This document shows, in pieces, positions 1-7,577 of a stretch of DNA of 12,561 nucleotides; the first letter of the stretch is position 1; every line of letters starts with the position of its first letter. The DNA is taken from positions 1 to 12,561 of the forward strand of contig CAVYYZ010000019.1 in the NCBI GenBank assembly GCA_963772835.1. The letters run 5' to 3'. Both the position numbers and the translations under genes were made by a program. This DNA comes from an uncultured delta proteobacterium. Lineage in GTDB: Bacteria > Desulfobacterota > Desulfuromonadia > Geobacterales > Pseudopelobacteraceae. The notes beneath the pieces are model-generated. The model searched no databases, was not told the origin of the DNA, and saw only the letters and a program-made list of their open reading frames with translations.

Positions 1-683
1 AGCCAGCCAAGCAGCGTGCCGAGGGGGCAGAGATTCCGGCACCAGTTACGCGTCTCAAACCGCTCCAGGGCAATAATGCCAAGCAGAATTGCTGTCGAAA
101 GGAACGCCAGCGGATAGATTGTATCGCGAAACGGCAGCAGATTGTCACGGATCAGGTTGTACGCCGGCGCCAGAGAATCACGCCGTTCGCCGATGCTCCG
201 GTACAGCCCGACCCACCCCTCCCTGGCCGCCAGGCCAATCACCGGATAGAGCATAAATGTCAGAGCCCGGAGCAGAATGGCGATCGGGTCCAGCAGACCG
301 CTCAGATTGAGGTTGAACAGCGATGCCGACAATAGCGGCAGCAGCAGCCAGTATTTGACATTACCCTTGAGAGCCCTGATCGGAGACGTCTTGGGAATCT
401 TCGAGGTCACAAGATCAAGAACCGTTCCCATCGGACAGATCCAGCCACAGAAAAAACGCCCCACCAGCAGTGTCGCCACAACCATCAACAGCGACGGCAG
501 CAGCAGCCAACTCCACGATTTTACCGCGAGCAGATAACTGAACAGCACCAGTGGATCTACTCTGAAGAAGGCATTGACCGCGGCATTGATTTCATCACGG
601 CCACGGTACTCGGTCTGGACGAACAGGAGCAGAAACAGGGCCAGGAAGAGCAGCTGGCAGATGCGGGCCGGAGTAAATCTCAC
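1..683 (-). CDS. Membrane 4Fe-4S binding protein / polyferredoxin (NapH/MauN-like), N-terminal part; runs off the left edge
   Basis: Not in the ORF track; translated by hand from GTG at 683: MRFTPARICQLLFLALFLLLFVQTEYRG...LLVGRFFCGWICPMGTVLDL...LERFETRNWCRNLCPLGTLLGW. Several hydrophobic helices and two CxxxCP motifs typical of NapH-like proteins. SD-like AAAGGTG at 691-697; starts 4 nt after the upstream stop. Confidence 0.9.
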   Translation of the reverse strand, partial: MRFTPARICQLLFLALFLLLFVQTEYRGRDEINAAVNAFFRVDPLVLFSYLLAVKSWSWLLLPSLLMVVATLLVGRFFCGWICPMGTVLDLVTSKIPKTSPIRALKGNVKYWLLLPLLSASLFNLNLSGLLDPIAILLRALTFMLYPVIGLAAREGWVGLYRSIGERRDSLAPAYNLIRDNLLPFRDTIYPLAFLSTAILLGIIALERFETRNWCRNLCPLGTLLGW

Positions 684-687
684 GACA

Positions 688-1572
688 TTACACCTTTACG
701 ACTTTTATCTTGTCAAGATGCATCTCTCCGAGGCCCCGATTGTAGGCGGCCACCGTCACCGCAATATCCGACGGCTTCAAACCGAACAGCGTTGTGGCAT
801 AGGCGTCAACTGCGACAGGGTCGGTCGAGGCGATCACCTTGTTAAGCACCTTGACATCGGCAATATTTCCGCCCTGAGGACCGTGAGCAGTCAGAATACG
901 GGTTGCGTCGATGACCGTCAATTGGCTTTTGAAATGCGCGTTGACGTCCGCCAGGGCGACGTCAAGGCTGCGGTGGATGTACCCACGATTACCCCCCATG
1001 ATTCCCATGATATTCTTCAAGCCGAGAGTCAAACGGGAGAGCCCGTGGTGTTTGGCGACCGGAACGTTAATGTAGACATCTGCGGAGAGCGCCTCGTCAT
1101 ACAATTCCCATTCCTTCAGGAACCGGCCGTTCAATGTGACTTTCCTGAAACGTTCCGGTTCAATCTGTTTGCACTCAACCCCTTTCAACCCTTTAAGAAT
1201 ACCTTCAATACCGCTGTTTACATAACATCGACGCGAATCGTTGCAGGTGTTATCGAACACTTTTACTTTTTTAGCCCCCGCCGCAAGGCATTCTTCCACT
1301 ACCGCCCGCACCACCAGAGGATGGGTATTTGCGGCAAACTCGCTTGACCGGTCCCACCCCATGTTGGGCTTGACCACAACGACATCTCCGGCCTTAACAT
1401 ACCTCTTCATGCCACCTACTGCGTTAATGGCCTTACGGGTGGTGGCGGCGTAATCGGCTCCCTCTGCCACGGCCACCAGTGGCTGTTCACGGGCCGCAAG
1501 AACCTCCCTGATCAGTGCAGGAGCCATTAAAACAGCTGTTCCGGTAGTTTTAATGAATGTCCGTCTATCCAT
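688..1572 (-). CDS. DUF362 domain protein with twin-arginine (Tat) signal peptide
   Basis: Start moved from 1599 to ATG 1572 (SD GGAGGG at 1577-1582; N-terminus MDRRTFIK fits the Tat motif). Family motifs GDVVVVKPN, NTHPLVV, INVPVAKHH..LTLGLKNIMG and ASTDPVAVDA. Confidence 0.88.
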   Translation of the reverse strand: MDRRTFIKTTGTAVLMAPALIREVLAAREQPLVAVAEGADYAATTRKAINAVGGMKRYVKAGDVVVVKPNMGWDRSSEFAANTHPLVVRAVVEECLAAGAKKVKVFDNTCNDSRRCYVNSGIEGILKGLKGVECKQIEPERFRKVTLNGRFLKEWELYDEALSADVYINVPVAKHHGLSRLTLGLKNIMGIMGGNRGYIHRSLDVALADVNAHFKSQLTVIDATRILTAHGPQGGNIADVKVLNKVIASTDPVAVDAYATTLFGLKPSDIAVTVAAYNRGLGEMHLDKIKVVKV

Positions 1573-1611
1573 GACACCCTCCAAAAACAAATGTTGCATA
1601 TATTGTATATG

Positions 1612-1639
1612 ATTGTACTCTACTGAAGGCAGAATTCAA
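1612..1639 (-). promoter_or_regulatory. Putative sigma70 promoter for the DUF362-polyferredoxin operon
   Basis: Minus strand TTGAAT (1639-1634), 16-nt spacer, TACAAT (1617-1612), 40 nt upstream of the ATG at 1572. Confidence 0.45.
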
Positions 1640-1759
1640 GAAGACAAAAGCCCGTGTAACTAATTTGGGACATGACTGTTTTCCTGCAAAATCTGGTGTG
1701 AAGTGATTGCAATGATCTGCCGCAGTTGACTCGGCACTATTTAGCGATACTCTCTCTTA

Positions 1760-2221
1760 ATGTGCCGATCGAAACGAAAAGTTATTTCCGGTGTGCTCCC
1801 GATACTGTTGCTTTTACTGCTTTTCACTGCAACCACTCCTGCTTTTGGTGGAGCGGCCGGTGAAGCGGTCGGGGAACCGGCGCCAGGTATGTCATCGCTT
1901 CATGCCGGGGTCCTGTACCCTTACGGAGTTGACGTTGCCGGTTATACGGTGGAGTATAACCTTTCCAATAGATTCTATGGCTACTACACGTTCGGGTTCC
2001 CGTCCCTTGCGGCCGCCGGCATCACCTATTACCGCGATTATACCGGCAACGGCTTTGCCGCGAACGTCGGTGTCGGTATAGTTTCGGTGCTGCACGCGTC
2101 GCTCGTGTATCAGTTCCACCTCGCTGACCGGCACTTTCTTAAACTGGGAGGAGGTTACACAGCTACCATAGTCTATAGCGGATTTTATCCCGCTCTGTCG
2201 TATGAATACCGATTCAAATAA
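1760..2221 (+). CDS. Hypothetical exported protein, probable small outer-membrane beta-barrel
   Basis: Basic N-terminus, poly-Leu h-region and PAFG/AA cleavage region. Mature part is Gly/Tyr/Phe-rich with alternating hydrophobic strands and ends ALSYEYRFK (beta-signal-like). Start uncertain: no clear SD. Confidence 0.65.
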   Translation: MCRSKRKVISGVLPILLLLLLFTATTPAFGGAAGEAVGEPAPGMSSLHAGVLYPYGVDVAGYTVEYNLSNRFYGYYTFGFPSLAAAGITYYRDYTGNGFAANVGVGIVSVLHASLVYQFHLADRHFLKLGGGYTATIVYSGFYPALSYEYRFK

Positions 2222-2263
2222 ATCCGGCAGACAAAAAAATACCACCATCAATCAGGAGGATCT

Positions 2264-3538
2264 ATGAAACCGTTTCCGTGGATAATATGTGGCTGCATAT
2301 CGTTGTCGCTGGCTGTGCCCACTTCCGGAGCCGAAAAACAGAAGCCGTACACGCATTACTGGATGAGCATTGCCACAACAAACCAGAGCATTCCGGGCAT
2401 GACGTCTGAAATGAGCGGTCTGGCGTCGATGTTTGGCGGCAAAAAAATGTTCGGACCTCAGCGAGAACTGCTGCTGCAGCTGGAATCGCCCCGTGTCCCG
2501 GCAGACTCACCGAAAGCTGATCACGAGATCCCGCCCGGGCAGAAGATGGGTGAGTCCCTGCCGCTTGTGACCCCCGCGGTTGAAAAATCGGAACATGTCA
2601 CTCCGGATCATGATGAAAAACCTGAAAAATATGAAAAACCGAAGGCACGGATGCTGATCTACTGGGGATGCGGGGAAGCGGTTGGCAAAGGGCAGCCGAA
2701 GGTGATCGATACCGCCACCATGAGCCCGGTCGACTTCGGCAAGGCATTTGCGGGGCGGACACCGACCCGCCAGACGCCCCCTTCGCCACACAAGGGGTGG
2801 ACGTACAGCCAGTGGCCGAATAAAGATGACCGGGCTGAAATTCCGGCTGAGAGTTCTCTGGTCGGTAACCACCTTGTCAAAGGAAATTACACTCCTGACA
2901 TCTCATTTGCTCTGGACAAAAAACGGGACTTCATGGCTCCGGTTGAATTTTCACCGCTTCAGAAGACAGCGGCAGGAGCATTGAAGATTGAATGGAAAAC
3001 GATTCCCACCGCGATCGGCTATTTTGCAGCGGCAATAGGGCATAATCAGGAGACCGGTGAATCCATCTTCTGGTCGGCCAGCGAGGTCGCTGAAACCGGT
3101 TTTGCACTGCAGAGTTATCTGACTCCGGGTGATGTCACCCGCTTTATCAAGGAAAAAGTCATTCTTGACCCGTCAAAAACCGCCTGTTCCATCCCGCCGA
3201 TATTTAAAGAAGGGCAGCCGGGTATGCTGCAGTTTATCGCCTACGGAGAAGAATTGAATCTGGCCCACCCGCCGAAACCGAAAGATCCGAAGAAGCGGTG
3301 GGACATTGAGTGGTCAGCCAGAGTACGACTGAAGTCAACCGCCATGATGCCGTTGATGGCGGATGAAGAGGGGAATTCTTCAGGCAATGTTTCTTCCCCA
3401 AAAAAAGCGAAAAAAACTGCTGATCCGAAAGAAGAGACACGTGATGATGGCGGGACCGGCAGTAAGGATTCCGGGACCGGCACTGATAGCCCGGTAAAGG
3501 ATATCGGCAATCGTATCCGCGGATTATTCGGGTTTTAA
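2264..3538 (+). CDS. Secreted/periplasmic hypothetical protein (424 aa)
   Basis: Strong SD AGGAGGA just upstream; Sec-type signal peptide (..LSLAVPTSGA/EKQK); Pro-rich body with a MLIYWGCG motif; low-complexity charged linker and amphipathic tail IGNRIRGLFGF. Confidence 0.85.
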   Translation: MKPFPWIICGCISLSLAVPTSGAEKQKPYTHYWMSIATTNQSIPGMTSEMSGLASMFGGKKMFGPQRELLLQLESPRVPADSPKADHEIPPGQKMGESLPLVTPAVEKSEHVTPDHDEKPEKYEKPKARMLIYWGCGEAVGKGQPKVIDTATMSPVDFGKAFAGRTPTRQTPPSPHKGWTYSQWPNKDDRAEIPAESSLVGNHLVKGNYTPDISFALDKKRDFMAPVEFSPLQKTAAGALKIEWKTIPTAIGYFAAAIGHNQETGESIFWSASEVAETGFALQSYLTPGDVTRFIKEKVILDPSKTACSIPPIFKEGQPGMLQFIAYGEELNLAHPPKPKDPKKRWDIEWSARVRLKSTAMMPLMADEEGNSSGNVSSPKKAKKTADPKEETRDDGGTGSKDSGTGTDSPVKDIGNRIRGLFGF

Positions 3539-3553
3539 TATACGGCAGTCGCA

Positions 3554-3583
3554 GTAGCGGAGGCAGCCTTCTGCCTCCGCTAC
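3554..3583. terminator. GC-rich hairpin after the 424-aa gene, probable terminator or 3' stabilising stem
   Basis: Perfect 13-bp inverted repeat GTAGCGGAGGCAG-CCTT-CTGCCTCCGCTAC, 15 nt after the stop and between convergent genes; lacks a good U-tract. Confidence 0.6.
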
Positions 3584-3715
3584 CCTTCAACAAACTTCAC
3601 CAATACCCGCCTTGCACACCCTGCCGTCAAATTCATACCATGAGGCAGCCGGCTGGCAACGACACGGGCGTGTACCCTTACCGGGTCACCTGGTACAATA
3701 GATCGTAGTGCGAAT

Positions 3716-3865
3716 CTATAGCACCCGGCGTCCTTGGATGATGCGCAGCAGAACCATTATAACTGCAATCACCAGCAGGATATGAATCAGACCACCCATG
3801 GTATACGATGTTACTATTCCCAACAGCCAGAGTACTATCAAGACCACACATATTGTCCACAACAT
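3716..3865 (-). CDS. lmo0937-family (DUF5670-like) small membrane protein, 49 aa
   Basis: Below the ORF-track cutoff. Hand translation MLWTICVVLIVLWLLGIVTSYTMGGLIHILLVIAVIMVLLRIIQGRRVL* shows the family pattern LWLLG...GGLIHILLVIA...GRR. SD AGGGGAGGGT at 3871-3880. Confidence 0.92.
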   Translation of the reverse strand: MLWTICVVLIVLWLLGIVTSYTMGGLIHILLVIAVIMVLLRIIQGRRVL

Positions 3866-3888
3866 AAAACACCCTCCCCTTTTCCGGG

Positions 3889-4536
3889 CTATTTCTTCCC
3901 GCTGTATAATTCTGCTTTTATTTCATCAAGCGCGGAAAGCACCGGCTGAAACGATGCTTTTAACGCATTCAGGTTCTGGACTGATTTATTTGCTACCGGA
4001 GTGATCCCCTCAATCCCCTGGGGAGTCAGGTCGTTGGACAAATATTTCTGAATTTCTTTCAGATCAGTCAGGTACGCATGATATGCACCTTTGATCCCGA
4101 CTCCTGCAGCGGGTACCCGGGCATACATTTCAGCCAGCGTGCTCCGCCGCTGCTCGCTGAGTTCGCGGATGTCTGAATTGGTAAATGTCTCCCCCTGCTT
4201 TTCCCACTCGGCAAAATATTCCTTGCTGTGCGACTTCATTTCGTCCAGACGCCTGGTTACAAGCTTACCTTCATGCTCAAGCTTTTCGAGTTCATCAGAA
4301 TAAGTGTTGAAGTGTTTTTTAAGATCCGGTTTATCACTCTTGACAAGAGCGTCAAGAGATGCCGCCGTAACGTCAATCTGGACGCTCATTTTTCTGATTT
4401 CATTGTCAACATCGCGGATTGAATTCGACGTTTTTACGGAACGATCCATACCGGTGGTTGCGCAGCCGCTCAGGAGCGAAACCGTGCCGAGCAAAAGTAT
4501 GGCGAAAAAAGTGAGCATCTGTTTTTTGAGATTCAT
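3889..4536 (-). CDS. Alpha-helical coiled-coil lipoprotein, DUF2959-like
   Basis: Start moved to ATG 4536 (MNLKKQ..., SD AAGGAG at 4543-4548). Lipobox LLSG-C; helical heptad-rich body with YFAEWEKQ..I/L..S..RR and YLSNDLT motifs that I recall from DUF2959 proteins. Confidence 0.8.
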   Translation of the reverse strand: MNLKKQMLTFFAILLLGTVSLLSGCATTGMDRSVKTSNSIRDVDNEIRKMSVQIDVTAASLDALVKSDKPDLKKHFNTYSDELEKLEHEGKLVTRRLDEMKSHSKEYFAEWEKQGETFTNSDIRELSEQRRSTLAEMYARVPAAGVGIKGAYHAYLTDLKEIQKYLSNDLTPQGIEGITPVANKSVQNLNALKASFQPVLSALDEIKAELYSGKK

Positions 4537-4628
4537 GATATTCTCCTTGTAGTGGGTGGTTGATGGTGAATGTGTCAATTACATCCCTCTTTGCAGCTAA
4601 TGACGGTGTCACTCTATGGTGTGGTAAG

Positions 4629-4643
4629 GCAATTGGCGTGCCA
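4629..4643 (-). promoter_or_regulatory. sigma54 (RpoN) -24/-12 promoter for the DUF2959-lmo0937 operon
   Basis: Minus strand TGGCACGCCAATTGC equals the consensus TGGCAC-N5-TTGC with exact GG-N10-GC spacing; correct orientation, about 90 nt upstream of the ATG at 4536. Confidence 0.85.
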
Positions 4644-4976
4644 GCACCGGAGATTGAGGAGACAGATGAGATTCACCCTCTGATAACAGGGTATTAGACC
4701 CGCGGGGGCACATAGTTTACCGGCATGAAAGAATCCGGCCACCCTCAGTATTTGATAGAACCTCAGAATGCTGAGGGGAATCCAGCGGCTAAAAGAGAGG
4801 CACCGGGAACTGCCACGCACCGTACAGACAGGGCATATCGGCTATTCATGTATGCGTCATTAAAACTTGGTTAGGATTATGCAAAGGTTACTGCATGTTG
4901 ACGTTTCAGGCCTGCCGAGCGGGCAGGAGAGCTGTACAACGAATCCAGCAGAGATCTGTTCAAAAAGGGGGACATC

Positions 4977-5393
4977 ATGAAGAAACGATTTGCAGGAATG
5001 CTGGCCATACTGATGCTGGCCATGGCTGGTTGCGGTGGAGGAAGTGTTGATGTTTCTGTGCCGGTCACGCCCGTAGTACATGCACCTTCTATTACATTAA
5101 ACGCGTTCACCAAGGACACGCTTTATGAGATTTTAGACGGAAGTGTCAGTTTTTATGCTCCTGATTCCGATATCGATTCGATGACCGTAGTTGCCATTAA
5201 CCCGGGAGGGTATGAAGTTTCCCGGACGGTGAAGCTCATCACCCTCCCGGGGGTGATACAAGGCACCATCCCTTTCAGTATTGATTACCACACATTCCCA
5301 TCAAGCGCGTATGCCTATACCTTCAGCGTCTATCTGACTGATTTCAACGGATACACTTCCAATCAGGCGGTCGGTACATTCTGGATACCTTGA
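4977..5393 (+). CDS. Hypothetical beta-rich lipoprotein (possible Ig-like domain)
   Basis: SD AAGGGGGA; signal MKKRFAGMLAILMLAMAG-C followed by a GGGS linker; beta-strand-rich domain ending YTFSVYLTDFNGYTSN. Confidence 0.8.
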   Translation: MKKRFAGMLAILMLAMAGCGGGSVDVSVPVTPVVHAPSITLNAFTKDTLYEILDGSVSFYAPDSDIDSMTVVAINPGGYEVSRTVKLITLPGVIQGTIPFSIDYHTFPSSAYAYTFSVYLTDFNGYTSNQAVGTFWIP

Positions 5394-5436
5394 CAGGCGG
5401 TTTTCCGGCCGGGTCATCTCAGCAAATTAGTTTTTC

Positions 5437-5479
5437 TATACACAAACCCCCTCCCGTTCCGGGAGGGGGTTTGTGTATA
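5437..5479. terminator. Bidirectional intrinsic terminator
   Basis: Perfect 20-bp inverted repeat TATACACAAACCCCCTCCCG-TTC-CGGGAGGGGGTTTGTGTATA between convergent stops (5393 and 5512); the GC core is followed by TTTGTGT on both strands. Confidence 0.85.
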
Positions 5480-5511
5480 TGCTTTGGTTCACCGGTATCA
5501 GACAGCCGAAG

Positions 5512-6300
5512 TCACTCGGCGCGATAATGGCCGGATTCTATCTCACGTTTTTCGTGGGTCAGGAAACGCACCACAAAATATTCGAATGGATATCCGCTCT
5601 CATGGTAGCGGAAACTCTGTTTATGACGCTCGTCAACCACCTCCAGCGTCGATATTCCCGAGACAACTGCCAGGCTGACGTCGGGGTCTGCAATCGGATC
5701 AACCGCTGTATAGATCCCGAATCTGACTGCTCTGTCAACAGCAAGGCCTCCCGCATCGCGCAGGGACGAAGGTCCGAAAAGCGGCAGCACGAGGTAGGGT
5801 CCGGACTCTACTCCCCAATGTCCAAGGGTTTTACCGAAATCCTGATCGTGACGCGTCATGCCCATGCTCGTGGCCGGATCAAACATACCGCCCAGACCCA
5901 CGGTACTGTTCGTCACAAAACGGCCGAGCGTGATCGCCGACTCCACTACCTTCAGCTGGAACAGACTGTTGGTGAAATTACGCACCTCACCGATATTATT
6001 GAAAAAGCCTGAAACCCGGTCCTGAACGAAGACCGGGGTAACAAACTCGTAGCCATTCACTACCGGGATGAGCAGATGTTTGTCCAGATAGTAGTTGAAC
6101 CGGTACATGCTCCGGTTGAATCCTTCCCAGGGATCAGTCACCTCGGCGAAGCGCTGATCCCTGAACTCGCCTATGGAATGCATCGGCGGCACTTCTGCCT
6201 GACCATTCACCGTAACGGACGCACAGCCGCCAAGCGCGGACCCCAACAGCAGGGCGAGAGCGAAGGCCGCCAGTCCGGTTCTACATCGTTCCGCACTCAT
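5512..6300 (-). CDS. mlaA: MlaA/VacJ-family outer-membrane lipoprotein (MlaZ-like by context)
   Basis: Lipobox LGG-C; motifs DPWEGFNR, RFVTNSTVGLGGMFDPA, DFGKTLGHWG and GPYLVLPLFGPSSLRD. ATGA overlap with the upstream hydrolase. Confidence 0.93.
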   Translation of the reverse strand: MSAERCRTGLAAFALALLLGSALGGCASVTVNGQAEVPPMHSIGEFRDQRFAEVTDPWEGFNRSMYRFNYYLDKHLLIPVVNGYEFVTPVFVQDRVSGFFNNIGEVRNFTNSLFQLKVVESAITLGRFVTNSTVGLGGMFDPATSMGMTRHDQDFGKTLGHWGVESGPYLVLPLFGPSSLRDAGGLAVDRAVRFGIYTAVDPIADPDVSLAVVSGISTLEVVDERHKQSFRYHESGYPFEYFVVRFLTHEKREIESGHYRAE

Positions 6301-7577
6301 AACGACTCCCTGAAAAAATCAACCATGTAGGCCAGATTGTCCTTGTACTCGAGGTTGCCCAGATGCCCGCCGCGCGGGTAGATCTTGGTTCGTTCCCCGA
6401 AAAGCTGCCGGAGATAGTCGAGTTCACCCTGCGTCAAAATAAAGTCGTTTGCATTGGTCATCACACCAAACTTGGCAGAAGATTTCAGGTACTCTTCAAT
6501 ACTCCTGAGACTCAGGGAATCTATGAACGCCTGCCGGGTAAGTTCCGGTCGAAGCTTATGGAAGTGGGGGTACAGATATTCGTTAAAATAGTCGAAGAAA
6601 CTCAAGTGGCTGGAAACCAGGAAATAGTCGAAAAGAGAATCTGTGGGGCTCAATATCCGGTTTTTCGGCACGACGTAGCCGCTGTTGGTCATCACGTCTG
6701 AGGCGAAAATCATGCCGGCCAGATTGATCCGGTAGGTGAGCCCGATCAATCCGGCTGTTTCCTCGTGAGAATAGAGCTTATCCGTATACATTGCATAAAG
6801 AAATTCATCGTTGATGGCGACGTAATTGCCATACCGGTAGAACTCGCTGAACTTTGACAGCATCCTGTTGAAAAAGATCCCCTGTTTTTTGGGACCCCCG
6901 GGGATCTGTTTCATCAGCTCTTCGATCCGTAATGCCGAGCTGTAAAGGCTTACCGCGGGGTTGATCATGAGTACCTTTTTGAAGTTGAACAGATGCCGTT
7001 CCTCATCCAGCTTCGCCACGAAGGCAGCTTGAGTGCCCCCCAGGCTGTAGCCGCACAGGAAAAAAGAGGACACTTCAATATCCCCCTCCACCTGTTTCCA
7101 GGCGGTTTCCATGGCGCGGTACAGGTCAGCTGAGTCCTCGACAAGATCACCGGGTACGCTGCTTCCGGATGCGGAAATAATAAAGTTGGCGTGGGACGGC
7201 GACGGCAGAGTAATGACATGAAAACCGGCCTGATGCAGCGCCTTCATCATGGTCAGAAGTTTGGCGGAACGGTCACTGGCACCTGCACCGGCTACCAGAA
7301 AGACCAGTGGTGCCCGCTGTTTCTGGTAGGCGAATGTGACGCGCAGCCCTTCGTCATAATAAAAAACCGGCGGCCGCTTTCTTCCCGGGATGACATCAAG
7401 CACGAGTTGCCGGGTGCGTGTCTGCACCGGAAACTGCGGAATGAGGTTTATCGGAGTACCGACGATAGTGGCTTCATGAGACCCGGCGATGGGGTAGCCG
7501 TAATCATCCCCTGCCGCATGGCCCAGCAGGGGGAGCAGCATGAGGCAGGCGAATAGCAGCGCTCTCACGAGTATCAT
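6297..7577 (-). CDS. Periplasmic alpha/beta-hydrolase, putative phospholipase (MlaY-like)
   Basis: Signal peptide ending LLGHA/A; oxyanion region LVFLVAGAGA; nucleophile elbow GYSLG; candidate Asp in TNANDF and His in RGGHLGN. Directly coupled to an MlaA-family gene, as in Pseudomonas mlaY-mlaZ. Confidence 0.85.
   Translation of the reverse strand: MILVRALLFACLMLLPLLGHAAGDDYGYPIAGSHEATIVGTPINLIPQFPVQTRTRQLVLDVIPGRKRPPVFYYDEGLRVTFAYQKQRAPLVFLVAGAGASDRSAKLLTMMKALHQAGFHVITLPSPSHANFIISASGSSVPGDLVEDSADLYRAMETAWKQVEGDIEVSSFFLCGYSLGGTQAAFVAKLDEERHLFNFKKVLMINPAVSLYSSALRIEELMKQIPGGPKKQGIFFNRMLSKFSEFYRYGNYVAINDEFLYAMYTDKLYSHEETAGLIGLTYRINLAGMIFASDVMTNSGYVVPKNRILSPTDSLFDYFLVSSHLSFFDYFNEYLYPHFHKLRPELTRQAFIDSLSLRSIEEYLKSSAKFGVMTNANDFILTQGELDYLRQLFGERTKIYPRGGHLGNLEYKDNLAYMVDFFRESL

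Noticed and set aside
574..1347. 257-aa plus-strand ORF
   Set aside because: Antisense to the well-supported DUF362 and polyferredoxin genes; TTG start without SD; no motifs.
1696..1713. GTGTGAAGTGATTGCAAT as a CRP or Rex site
   Set aside because: Only one half-site matches; the second is too degenerate.
1732..1745. CGGCACTATTTAGC as a sigma54 promoter for the gene at 1760
   Set aside because: GG-to-GC spacing is 9 rather than the required 10.
3400..3417. Poly-A runs in the 424-aa gene as phase-variation tracts
   Set aside because: Short runs explained by Lys codons (KKAKK); the reading frame is intact.
3584..3715. Intergenic stretch with small dyads (CAGCCGGCTG; TGTACC...GGTACA) as an sRNA or riboswitch
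   Set aside because: It lies between convergent 3' ends, I recognise no riboswitch consensus such as GEMM, and the stems are short; an Rfam/Infernal scan would settle it.
3678..4004. ORF-track calls 3678-3872 (-), 3734-3949 (+) and 3798-4004 (+)
   Set aside because: They overlap the real 49-aa lmo0937-family gene or the DUF2959 gene in other frames.
4537..4584. Extended TTG start at 4578 for the DUF2959 gene, and an ATG-TAA start-stop at 4584-4579
   Set aside because: ATG 4536 has the SD and gives a normal lipoprotein signal; the start-stop has no spacing from its purine run.
5437..5479. 20-bp perfect inverted repeat as a MITE/REP element
   Set aside because: Single copy in the window and positioned as expected for a bidirectional terminator; the flanking TATA is part of the palindrome itself. 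A genome-wide copy search would be needed to reopen this.
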